A stretch of 24,612 nucleotides of DNA from Verrucomicrobiota bacterium (GCA_031367565.1 JANLQB010000424.1:1-24612), one strand, 5' to 3'; numbered from the stretch's first letter, positions 1 through 8,472 are shown. Made by a program: numbers and translations. The notes: generated by a model not told the origin, from the sequence alone.

Positions 1-1
1 C

Positions 2-940
2 GAATTCGAATCGCAGGGGAAATTTAAGGATTCGCTGCTGCGGGAAGTCGGTCGTGATTTCGAGGCGACGTATGAACTGCTGAAAGCGCTGCCGTGGAAT
101 ATCGAGCCGAGGCCGCCATCGGGAGACTACTTTCGCGCCCGCCTGCTCAAGGATCGCGCCGCCTACCTCGCGGCGGGCGGAGTGCAAAATAGCGGCGGCA
201 TTTACAGCTCGAAGACGGAGACGTTTCTCGTGCCCTTTGAAAGCATCGGCGTGAAGACGGTGGGATCGAGTTACGCAAAGAGCGAAAGCTTTGATTCAGG
301 CACGATGGTGCATGAACTCACGCATCAAATGATGCACTTCTGGCTCGATCTCCTGCCGCAGTGGATGGTGGAAGGTACGGCGGAATACACCAACAACCTG
401 CCGCTCCGCACCGGGCGGTTCCGGGTCGCGGGCGCGAAGACCGGGCTGAAAGATTACGTCGATACTTTGAAAAAGAAGGTCGTCGGCGGAGTGCCCGAGC
501 CGTATCCGCTGGAGAAGCTCCTGAACATTACGAATGAGCAATGGATGGAAACGCTGACGCAAAATCCGGCGGCGTCGCACCGCTTGTATTTCACGTCCTA
601 CCTGCTCGTGTATTACTTCATGCACCTCGACGGGAAAGGCGACGGGCAACGCATGGCGCGCTACTTCCGCGAAGTGCAAAGTCAGCGGAAAGAGATGGAA
701 GATTACCGGAAAGCGATGGGTGAGTTTTTCAAAACGCCCGGCGTGAAGCTGAACGCAGATGGCTCCTACACCTATCGTCGTGACATCTCGCATCCGAAAA
801 AGCCGGACTTTATCGCGACGCCAGAAGGCCAAACCGCCTTTCAAAAAAAGACGCTTGCGATCCTGCTCGATGGCCGGAGCGAAGACGAGTTGATGAAACA
901 AATCCGCTCCGCCTATCGCGGGCTCGGGGTCAAGTTGTGA
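2..940 (+). CDS. Gluzincin-type (HExxH) metallopeptidase-like protein, 5'-truncated by the window edge
   Basis: The frame is open from base 2 (EFESQGKFKDSLLRE...) to TGA at 938-940. It contains VHELTHQ followed by LPQWMVEGTAEY, the HExxH plus downstream EGxAE pattern of gluzincins. Confidence 0.75.
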   Translation, partial: EFESQGKFKDSLLREVGRDFEATYELLKALPWNIEPRPPSGDYFRARLLKDRAAYLAAGGVQNSGGIYSSKTETFLVPFESIGVKTVGSSYAKSESFDSGTMVHELTHQMMHFWLDLLPQWMVEGTAEYTNNLPLRTGRFRVAGAKTGLKDYVDTLKKKVVGGVPEPYPLEKLLNITNEQWMETLTQNPAASHRLYFTSYLLVYYFMHLDGKGDGQRMARYFREVQSQRKEMEDYRKAMGEFFKTPGVKLNADGSYTYRRDISHPKKPDFIATPEGQTAFQKKTLAILLDGRSEDELMKQIRSAYRGLGVKL

Positions 941-942
941 GC

Positions 943-2304
943 ATGGATTGGCGCAAACTCCTTTCCGCCGACCGGCTCGGCTCGGATCGCCCGACGCCGT
1001 TCGATCCGTTGCGCTCGCCGTTCATCGTCGATTCCGATCGCATCGTCTTTTCGTCTGCCTTTCGCCGTTTGCAGGACAAGACGCAGGTCTTCCCGCTGGC
1101 GGATAATGACTACGTGCGCACGCGGCTCACCCACTCGCTCGAAGTGGCCAGCGTCGCCCGCTCGCTCGGCGTGCGCGTGGGGGCGGAGATCGTGAAACGC
1201 GGCGAGCTCGCGCAACGATTCCACGCGTCGGATTTTGGCGCGATCGTCTCCGCAGCGGCGCTGGCGCATGATCTTGGCAATCCGCCTTTCGGTCACTCCG
1301 GCGAGGACGCAATCCGGCATTGGTTCAAGACCTCGCCGATGGCGGAGCGCACGCGCGGCGAGTTGTCGGCTGAGGAGCGCGCGGACTTTGAGAGCTTCGA
1401 GGGAAATGCGCAGGGTTTCCGCATCGTCACGCGCTTGCAAATGCCGGACAATCCCGGCCTGCGACTGACCTGCGCGACGCTCGGCGCGTTCACGAAATAT
1501 CCACGGGCGGCCCAACTCCCAGCGCGCCTGAAAATCAGCGGGATCGGCGCGAAGAAGTTCGGCTTTTTCCACGCCGAACGCGCACTTTTCACCGAAGTCG
1601 CCGAGCGGACGGGGCTGATCCGGCGCGCGCCCGACGCCGCGTGGTGGAGCCGCCATCCGCTCGCCTTCCTCGTCGAAGCGGCGGACGACATTTGCTACCG
1701 CCTCGTCGATTTCGAGGACGGTTTCCGACTGAAGTTTCTGCCGTTCGAGGAAGTGCGCGCCGCCTTTCTGGCCGTGAGCGGAGACCCGAAAGATTCCGAG
1801 CGCGCCGCCCGGATGAAAGATCCGAAGGACCAGATCGCCTTCCTGCGCGCGCAGGCGATTGGCGCTTCGATCCAGCAGGTCGCCGATGCGTTTCTTAAAA
1901 ATGAACCGGCGATTCTCGATGGTGAGTTTGATGAGGAACTGCTCAACGTCGATCTCCCCGCACGCGCCGCGCTCCAGCACATCAAGGATCGCAGCCGGAC
2001 GACGATCTACGCGACCCCGCGCGGTGTGGAAATCGAGGCCGCTGGCTATGAAGTGCTCGGCGGTTTACTCGATGTATTTTACGGCGCGTCGGACGACATT
2101 GCGCGGCACGGGAAAAGGGCGACGCGCAAGAGCGAGAAACTCTTGAGTCTCGTCCCAGCGCAGTTCCTCGGGAAAGACGGAGACCCTTCGCAGGAGCCAT
2201 ACGAACGGCTCCTGCGCATGACGGATTTCGTCTCCGGTATGACGGACAGTTACGCCGTTTCCCTTTACAAAAAAGTGCGCGGAATCTCGCTGCCAGGGCA
2301 GTGA
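943..2304 (+). CDS. dgt: Deoxyguanosinetriphosphate triphosphohydrolase (HD-domain dGTPase)
   Basis: Motifs FRRLQDKTQVF, RTRLTHSLEVA, LAHDLGNPPFGHSGE, FEGNAQGFRI, EAADDICY and DFVSGMTDSYA. The start is ATG 943 or GTG 937, which overlaps the upstream stop. Confidence 0.95.
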   Translation: MDWRKLLSADRLGSDRPTPFDPLRSPFIVDSDRIVFSSAFRRLQDKTQVFPLADNDYVRTRLTHSLEVASVARSLGVRVGAEIVKRGELAQRFHASDFGAIVSAAALAHDLGNPPFGHSGEDAIRHWFKTSPMAERTRGELSAEERADFESFEGNAQGFRIVTRLQMPDNPGLRLTCATLGAFTKYPRAAQLPARLKISGIGAKKFGFFHAERALFTEVAERTGLIRRAPDAAWWSRHPLAFLVEAADDICYRLVDFEDGFRLKFLPFEEVRAAFLAVSGDPKDSERAARMKDPKDQIAFLRAQAIGASIQQVADAFLKNEPAILDGEFDEELLNVDLPARAALQHIKDRSRTTIYATPRGVEIEAAGYEVLGGLLDVFYGASDDIARHGKRATRKSEKLLSLVPAQFLGKDGDPSQEPYERLLRMTDFVSGMTDSYAVSLYKKVRGISLPGQ

Positions 2305-2315
2305 AGCGCGGGCCG

Positions 2316-2331
2316 TGGCACGCCTCCCGCT
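2316..2331 (+). promoter_or_regulatory. Possible sigma54 (-24/-12) promoter upstream of ppk1
   Basis: TGGCACgcctcCCGCT has GG and GC at the correct spacing, but CC replaces the consensus TT before GC. Confidence 0.25.
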
Positions 2332-2509
2332 AATATCGTCAATTGTGTTTTGGTGGTGATTGGCGGGGAGGGCGAGCCTTTAGCCGGGAGGCGCGATGCA
2401 ACGGCATACGCGCCCGGCACAAGACTCGCCCTCCCTGTTTTTTCGTCCGGACGCTGTCACGAGATTGTCGCTTTGCGCTGGAACGCGCTCGCGGCTAGCC
2501 TCGGCGGCG

Positions 2510-4657
2510 ATGGCTTCCAAGAGTATGCAGAAATTTTCCACCGCGCATTTTATCAGCCGTGAATTGAGCTGGCTGGAATTCAACCAGCGCGTGCTGAATC
2601 AGGCGCTCGATCCCACGAATCCGCTGCTGGAACGCGTAAAGTTTTTCACGATCACGAGTTCAAATCTCGACGAGTTTTTTGAAGTGCGCGTGGCGGGGCT
2701 GAAACAACAGATCGAGTCGGATGTGGTCGAGCGTAGCCTCGATGGGCTCACGGCTTCGGGGACTTTTCGGGCGGTGCGGCAGCGGGTGAAAAAGATGGTC
2801 GATCAGCAATTCCGCTGCTGGCGCGAAGACCTCGTCCCCGCGCTGGCGAAGAACGGGTTTCACTTTCTCACGTGGGACAAACTCGATCGCGCGGACCGCG
2901 ATTTTCTGGAGGATTACTATTTCCGAAATGTGCGCCCCGTCCTCACGCCGCTCGGTATCGACCCGGCGCACCCATTTCCACAACTGCTGAACAAATCGCT
3001 GAACATCGCCGTGCAGCTCGAGATTGAGCGCAGCGGCGAAGTGCAGCGCCGGCTCGCCGTGGTGCAAGTGCCGCGCGTGCTCCAGCGACTCGTGAAATTG
3101 CCACGCGGCGAGGATGTCGATGGCTATATTTTCATGGGCCATCTCATCGGCCACTACCTCGCCGATCTTTTCCCAGGCACGACGATCTTAGGCTTCTGGC
3201 ATTTCCGTGTGACGCGCAACAGCGAGCTGTATATCGACGAAGAGGACGTGGGAAATCTCCTCAGCGCGGTCGAGGCCGAGCTGCACAATCGGCGGCGCGG
3301 CGCGGCGGTTCGTCTCGAAGTGGATCACCATTGCCCGAGCGAAATTTACCACTTCCTGCTCGAGACGCTCGATCTCACGCCGGACGATCTCTACATCATC
3401 GACGGCCCGCTGAATCCGGTCCGCCTCATGGCGATTTACGAAGGCGATCACTCGCCCGAGTTGCGCGACAAACCATTCGTCGCGCCGGTCGCCGTCCCGT
3501 TCCGCGACGGCGCGGAAATGTTCTCCGTCATCCGTCAGCGTGATGTGATGCTGCATCATCCGTACGACAATTTCAGCAGCGTCGTCGATTTCCTCGAACT
3601 CGCTTCGCGCGATCCAAACGTGCTCGCGATCAAGCAGACGCTTTACCGCACCGGCGGCGATCCACGCGTCGTCGGCGCGCTCATGAATGCGGTGAAAAAC
3701 GGCAAGCAAGTCACCGCCGTCACCGAGTTAAAAGCACGCTTTGACGAAGCGAACAACATCCTCTGGGCGCGACGGCTGGAGGAAGCGGGCGTCCACGTCG
3801 TGTACGGAATCGTGCATCACAAAGTTCACTGCAAAGTGACGCTCGTCGTGCGGAAGGATGATGACGGTCTGCGCCGCTACTTGCATCTCGGCACGGGCAA
3901 TTACAACCCGAGCACCGCACGCATTTACACCGATCTCTCGCTCTTCACCGTCGATGCCGACTGCGTGGAAGACGCCACGAATCTTTTCAATCTGCTCACC
4001 GGCCTCTGCGAATTTCAGGGCGCGAAAAAACTGCTCATCGCGCCCTTCAGCGTCCACGCGACGATGATGAAACGCATCAAGCAGGAGACCGAGCACGCGC
4101 TTCAGGGCAAGCCCGCGCGCATCATCGCGAAGATGAACGCGCTCGTGGATCGCGAAGTCATCGAAGCGCTCTACCGCGCCTCGCACGCCGGCGTCCGCAT
4201 CGACCTCATCGTGCGCGGCACGTGCTGCCTGCGCCCCGGCGTTCCCGGCCTCAGCGAAAACATCCACGTGCGCTCGATCGTCGGGCGTTTCCTCGAACAC
4301 TCGCGCATCTTCTATTTTCAAAATGGAGACTCGCCGCGGCTCTACATGGGCAGCGCGGATTGGATGCCGCGCAATTTTTTCCGGCGCGTCGAAGTCGTCT
4401 TCCCGATCACCGATGCCGCGAACCGCGAGCGAGTGCTCACGCAAATCCTCACCGCGCAACTCGCCGACAACCGGCAGGCGTGGACGCTGAAACCCGACGG
4501 CAGCTACGCGCCGCCCGAGGTGCCGAAAGGCGGAACGCCGCGCGACTGCCAGGCGGAGTTCATGGCCATCGCGCTCGGCGCTTCCAAACCGCGTCGGAAA
4601 TCGAAGGCGAACAAGAACGGCATTCCCAAGCTTGAAGTCGCGCGCAATCCACGGTGA
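2510..4657 (+). CDS. ppk1: Polyphosphate kinase 1
   Basis: Motifs FISRELSWLEFNQRVL, SSNLDEFFEVRVAGL, MLHHPYDNF, IKQTLYRTG, ELKARFDEANNI, KVHCK, HLGTGNYN, RFLEHSRIFYF and SADWMPRNFFRRVE. The start is probably ATG 2510 or 2525 rather than 2396. Confidence 0.97.
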   Translation: MASKSMQKFSTAHFISRELSWLEFNQRVLNQALDPTNPLLERVKFFTITSSNLDEFFEVRVAGLKQQIESDVVERSLDGLTASGTFRAVRQRVKKMVDQQFRCWREDLVPALAKNGFHFLTWDKLDRADRDFLEDYYFRNVRPVLTPLGIDPAHPFPQLLNKSLNIAVQLEIERSGEVQRRLAVVQVPRVLQRLVKLPRGEDVDGYIFMGHLIGHYLADLFPGTTILGFWHFRVTRNSELYIDEEDVGNLLSAVEAELHNRRRGAAVRLEVDHHCPSEIYHFLLETLDLTPDDLYIIDGPLNPVRLMAIYEGDHSPELRDKPFVAPVAVPFRDGAEMFSVIRQRDVMLHHPYDNFSSVVDFLELASRDPNVLAIKQTLYRTGGDPRVVGALMNAVKNGKQVTAVTELKARFDEANNILWARRLEEAGVHVVYGIVHHKVHCKVTLVVRKDDDGLRRYLHLGTGNYNPSTARIYTDLSLFTVDADCVEDATNLFNLLTGLCEFQGAKKLLIAPFSVHATMMKRIKQETEHALQGKPARIIAKMNALVDREVIEALYRASHAGVRIDLIVRGTCCLRPGVPGLSENIHVRSIVGRFLEHSRIFYFQNGDSPRLYMGSADWMPRNFFRRVEVVFPITDAANRERVLTQILTAQLADNRQAWTLKPDGSYAPPEVPKGGTPRDCQAEFMAIALGASKPRRKSKANKNGIPKLEVARNPR

Positions 4658-4811
4658 TTCGGGCAGTCCGCAGCGCCCGAGCGAGTCGCAGCCTCAAGAA
4701 TAACTTTCGCGAAGTTGCCCTTCCACTTTTTCTCCCGCACCTGCTACAGAGACTCCAAGTTCTCTGCGAAAACAGCGGAGTCTCAACGCAACTTCACACC
4801 AGCAACTCGAT

Positions 4812-4901
4812 ATGGCCAAAGGTAACAACGCTCACAAAAAAGAAGTCAAAAAGCCGAAGAAGGAAAAACCAAAAGTCGTGGCAACGCGCCGGAGCGTGTA
4901 G
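4812..4901 (+). CDS. Small Lys-rich protein, 29 aa (not in ORF track)
   Basis: Manual translation gives MAKGNNAHKKEVKKPKKEKPKVVATRRSV, from ATG 4812 to TAG 4899-4901. It lies in the gap after ppk1 and is codirectional with it. Confidence 0.6.
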   Translation: MAKGNNAHKKEVKKPKKEKPKVVATRRSV

Positions 4902-4986
4902 GGTTTTCGGCTTTCTGAAATGACTCCAAATGCGGCACCCGGCAGAGCGCTGGGTGCTGCATTGAAGTTACCGCACACTTAGCCCG

Positions 4987-5145
4987 ATGAAGCTGCTCAT
5001 CTTCGTCGGCATGAATGTTTTTGGCGCGCTGGGCTGGTGGATCGGCGAGCAATTCGGGCTGGGCACAGCCATCATCGCCAGCGGGATCGGCAGCATCCTC
5101 GGCGTGTATGTCGGCTGGCGCGTCGCCCGGAATATTTTCGGCTGA
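4987..5145 (+). CDS. Small Gly-rich membrane protein, 52 aa (not in ORF track)
   Basis: Manual translation gives MKLLIFVGMNVFGALGWWIGEQFGLGTAIIASGIGSILGVYVGWRVARNIFG. It has two hydrophobic segments with GxxxG spacing, a basic tail and mostly G/C third codon positions. Confidence 0.75.
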   Translation: MKLLIFVGMNVFGALGWWIGEQFGLGTAIIASGIGSILGVYVGWRVARNIFG

Positions 5146-5211
5146 ACATTTTCAAACCTCGCAGTTTTCCCCATGACCAAGCCCCGCCTTTCCCTCCCGT
5201 AAATCTTCAAC

Positions 5212-5379
5212 ATGAGCTTAGGCTTCTTGGGCATTTCGTTCGGGTTTGGCCTCCAGCTTCGCGAACATGAGCGCGATCTACGCGAAGCTCGACGCGAGCA
5301 TCAACGTCTCGATGGAACCCTTTCCGCGCCTTCGTCTCCTTCGCCCATCCCGCCCGTGACGAAAAATGACGAGCCGTAA
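5212..5379 (+). CDS. Possible small protein, 55 aa (not in ORF track)
   Basis: Manual translation gives MSLGFLGISFGFGLQLREHERDLREARREHQRLDGTLSAPSSPSPIPPVTKNDEP: a hydrophobic N-terminus, a charged helix and a Pro-rich tail. An in-frame ATG at 5173 is separated from it by TAA at 5200-5202. Confidence 0.4.
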   Translation: MSLGFLGISFGFGLQLREHERDLREARREHQRLDGTLSAPSSPSPIPPVTKNDEP

Positions 5380-5480
5380 AGCTGTCCAACAGCCTCGCGC
5401 TCATCGCCGGCGGGTGATGACGCAGTTCGTCGAAGACGAGTCGCCAGCCTGAATCCGAATTTCGCCCGGCTTCGCGAAAA

Positions 5481-5942
5481 TTACGAAGCTGCGGGCGCAC
5501 TCCGCTTCCGCAGCGTGATGCGCTTGATCCGCGCCTCGTCGGGCGGGCTCGACGAGGCGATTTCCGGGTCGTCTTTAAAGGCGTTGTGAACGATACGGCG
5601 CTCGTAGGCGTTCATCGGTTCGAGCTGAAAAGAGCGGCCTGTTTTGCGGACGATCTCAGCGATTTTCCGAACACGATGCGCAAGGCTGTCGTCCTTCATT
5701 TCTCGCCAGTGCTCGATATCGACCTGCACGCGCGGAGCCGCTTTGTCGTGCGCCTGAATCACGCGATTCAGTAGAAACTGGATGTCTTCCAGCAGCGCGC
5801 CGTTGCGACCGATGAGGCGCTCTTTGTCCGCCGTGTAAACTTGCAGGATGAGCCCGTGGTCCGCCGTGAACTCCTTGATCTCACAGACGAAGCCCAGCAG
5901 ACCGAGCATCGTGTCCAGAGTTTCGCGTGGGTTCAGGCTCAT
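5481..5942 (-). CDS. jag: Jag/EloR(KhpB)-family RNA-binding protein, KH plus R3H domains, short form
   Basis: KH motif LIGRNGALLEDIQFLLN and R3H motif LEPMNAYERRIVHNAF. It directly follows yidC. Confidence 0.9.
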   Translation of the reverse strand: MSLNPRETLDTMLGLLGFVCEIKEFTADHGLILQVYTADKERLIGRNGALLEDIQFLLNRVIQAHDKAAPRVQVDIEHWREMKDDSLAHRVRKIAEIVRKTGRSFQLEPMNAYERRIVHNAFKDDPEIASSSPPDEARIKRITLRKRSAPAAS

Positions 5943-5954
5943 TGGGGGTGTCTC

Positions 5955-7778
5955 TTAACGCTTGGGTTTCTGCGCAGGCACGATCTCCGGAGCGAGTACG
6001 GTTTTATTCCGCGTCACATAGAGTTGCACGATCGAGAATATGTTCTGAACCGTCCAATAAAGTGCCAGCGCGGACGCGAAATTGTAGCAGAAGGAAATGA
6101 AGATCAAGGGCACAAACATCATGATCCGCTGCTGCATTTGGTCGCCGGATTTCGGCTGAAGCGCCATCGACCAGAGCATCGTCACCGCCATGCAAAGCGG
6201 CAGCACGTTTACCGGATAGCCGAGCAGATGAAAGATCGTGTCCGGCTGGGAAAGGTCGTTCACCCACAGGAATTTCGAGTTCCGAAGCTCCACGGCTTTC
6301 CCGAGCATGTTGTAGAAGCCAAAGAAAATCGGGATCTGCACGAGCATCGGCAGGCAGCCGCCAAACGGATTCACGCCGTGCTGCTTGTAGAGCTTCATCG
6401 TTTCGACGTTCATCGCCTGCGGATCGTCCTTATACTTATCGCGCATCTTCGTCATCTCCGGCTGGAGCGCCTGCATCCGCTTCATCGAGGCCGTGGCCTT
6501 GTTTTGCAGCGGCCACATCGCGGTTTTGATGACGAGCGTGAGGAGAATGATCGCGATGGCGTAGCTGCCGATCGCGCCTTTCAGATAGTTCATCGACGCG
6601 AGCAGCGTGCGGCTGACGATGCCGAACATGCCGAAATCCATGATCTCGGCCTCGTAGTTGCCGAGTTCGGCGAGACGGCGCTGCTCGCGCGGGCCACCGT
6701 AGATTTTGAAAGTGCGCGTCGCTGTTTCGCCGGGCGGCAATTTGAAGCCCGCCATACCGATCGCGCCATCCACGCCATCACGCTCTCCGTGATCTTCCGC
6801 CGGGTGCCCGGCCGCGAGCCAGGCTTCATCGCTCACCAAGAACGGCCGCGCCCACACGGCGATGCCACGCTGTTTCACCTGCTCGTCGCTCATCGCCTTT
6901 TCATCGACGACCGGGGTGCAAAGCGTGGCGAAGTATTGATTGGTCACGCCCGCCCACTTCACATCGCTGAGCACTTCCGGATTCTCGGGATAAGCCGCGC
7001 GCGGACTGCTCTTCATGAAAAGGAACCCACCGCCCTTGAACCACGAGGCGGGCACGAGCTTCATGCTCGTTTCTTTGAAATAGCCGAAGCCGGTATAAGT
7101 CGGCAGGTCGCCCTGATGGATCGGCGCGGACGATCCCGTGTGAACGAAGTAGCGCGGGATTTCCACCGGCTGCGTGGCGCGATTCGTAAAGCTCACGTCG
7201 AGCGTCAGCCAGTATTCCTCGCGCAACCGGTCCTTGCCCTTCAGTTCCGCGAATTTCGGCAGCGTGAATTTTTTGGTCAGTTGAATCTGTCGCTCATCCG
7301 TCCGATCGAACTGCACCGTACCCGCCGCCGCATCGACCTTCGAGACGAACGGTTTACCGAGCCCTTCGCCCGCGATTTCCGAGACATCGCCGATCGCGAT
7401 CGTCCCGTATTGATTGAGCACCACCTTCTTTTCATTCACCGCGAAATGCTCAAGCAAAGTCGCGCGCTTGATTCCACCGCCGAGAGAAGTGAACGCATAG
7501 TCCACCGCGCCCGAGGAAACCGTTTCCAATTTCTCTGGAATCGCCGTTTCCAGCGCAGGCGGAGGCGTGACCGAAGGCGCACCCGCGACCGCAGGCGTCG
7601 ATGCGGCATCCGCGGGAACCATCGCGGGTTTCGGCTTGGCAGCTTCCTCCGCTGCGACCGTTTCTTCATACTGCCGCTTGGCGACCGCAGCCTCTTGCGA
7701 TTTGCGGATGTAGAAAAAATTCCACGCTCCGAAAAGCGCGACGACGAGGATGAGACCTGTGACTCCTTTGCGATCCAT
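5955..7778 (-). CDS. yidC: Membrane protein insertase YidC
   Basis: An N-terminal TM segment and a large periplasmic domain, followed by AIILLTLVIK...WPL, SMKRMQALQPEM, GVNPFGGCLPMLVQIPIFFGFY, FLWVNDLSQPD and LALYWTVQNIFSIVQ. Confidence 0.97.
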   Translation of the reverse strand: MDRKGVTGLILVVALFGAWNFFYIRKSQEAAVAKRQYEETVAAEEAAKPKPAMVPADAASTPAVAGAPSVTPPPALETAIPEKLETVSSGAVDYAFTSLGGGIKRATLLEHFAVNEKKVVLNQYGTIAIGDVSEIAGEGLGKPFVSKVDAAAGTVQFDRTDERQIQLTKKFTLPKFAELKGKDRLREEYWLTLDVSFTNRATQPVEIPRYFVHTGSSAPIHQGDLPTYTGFGYFKETSMKLVPASWFKGGGFLFMKSSPRAAYPENPEVLSDVKWAGVTNQYFATLCTPVVDEKAMSDEQVKQRGIAVWARPFLVSDEAWLAAGHPAEDHGERDGVDGAIGMAGFKLPPGETATRTFKIYGGPREQRRLAELGNYEAEIMDFGMFGIVSRTLLASMNYLKGAIGSYAIAIILLTLVIKTAMWPLQNKATASMKRMQALQPEMTKMRDKYKDDPQAMNVETMKLYKQHGVNPFGGCLPMLVQIPIFFGFYNMLGKAVELRNSKFLWVNDLSQPDTIFHLLGYPVNVLPLCMAVTMLWSMALQPKSGDQMQQRIMMFVPLIFISFCYNFASALALYWTVQNIFSIVQLYVTRNKTVLAPEIVPAQKPKR

Positions 7779-7784
7779 AAATTT

Positions 7785-8051
7785 CTAATGCGAACAATGC
7801 TGACGGGATCCGAGCGGGCGGGCCGGTGGCACGGGATCGAGCCCCGCACCGCCCCACGGCTGACAACGCCCAATCCTTTTCAGGCCGAGCCAGCTCCCGC
7901 GACACACTCCGTGATCCTCGACCGCCTGTGAAAAATAGCGCGAGCACGACGGCTCGTAGCGGCATCCACCGCCCGGACCGACGATTACTTTCAAAATCGG
8001 CGCGACGAGCAACTGATACGCCCGGATGGAAATCTGGATCGCGCGCTTCAT
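7785..8051 (-). CDS. yidD: Membrane protein insertion efficiency factor YidD
   Basis: The 88-aa C-terminal part of the tracked ORF, MKRAIQISIRAYQ...CRYEPSCSRY...GSWLGLKRIGRCQPWGGAGLDPVP. Its ATG overlaps the rnpA stop (ATGA). Confidence 0.93.
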   Translation of the reverse strand: MKRAIQISIRAYQLLVAPILKVIVGPGGGCRYEPSCSRYFSQAVEDHGVCRGSWLGLKRIGRCQPWGGAGLDPVPPARPLGSRQHCSH

Positions 8052-8407
8052 GAGCCTGAATCGAGAATCGCCGCGCGACGAACCAGCCGCAGCCATTCCT
8101 CCCGAAGCTCCGAAAATTCCGCCTCCACCGCCCGATGCCGCGCCACGATGACGAGCCAGGTGCCGGGCAAAAGATGGGCGTGTTCCGCCCGCATAATTTC
8201 GCGCAGGCGACGGCGCACGCGATTTCGCTCCACCGCGCCACCCACCCGACGCGAGGTGATGATCCCGACCCGCGCCAAACCCGGCTCCGCAGAAGGGAGC
8301 GCACTCAGCAACATAAATTTCCCGTGAAACGACGCACCCTCGCCACGCATCCGCTGAAATTCGGATGCTCGGAAAAGCCGGGCGGACTTGGAAAAGCGCA
8401 GGGCCAT
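8048..8407 (-). CDS. rnpA: Ribonuclease P protein component
   Basis: 119 aa from ATG 8407, with RVGIITSRRVGGAVERNRVRRRLREI (RNR motif). It lies between rpmH and yidD. Confidence 0.95.
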   Translation of the reverse strand: MALRFSKSARLFRASEFQRMRGEGASFHGKFMLLSALPSAEPGLARVGIITSRRVGGAVERNRVRRRLREIMRAEHAHLLPGTWLVIVARHRAVEAEFSELREEWLRLVRRAAILDSGS

Positions 8408-8472
8408 TTCCTGCGGCGAAGTAACAGCACGGCTCCGCAAGGAGCCGCGACTGGAAAAGCGGGCGCAGGCGC

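Noticed and set aside
913-1980. 355-aa minus-strand ORF, plus similar antisense ORFs over ppk1, fba, ispE and the repeat gene (e.g. 13953-15617, 15614-16981, 17381-18457)
   Set aside because: They fully overlap well-supported genes on the other strand and carry no family motifs.
4968-5500. Minus-strand tracked ORFs of 88 and 97 aa in the ppk1-jag gap
   Set aside because: They look less protein-like than the plus-strand 52-aa membrane ORF and the other small ORFs they overlap. They cannot be formally excluded.
5841-7931. 696-aa plus-strand ORF
   Set aside because: It is the exact in-register antisense shadow of yidC, has no recognisable motifs, and such shadows are expected from GC-rich codon bias.
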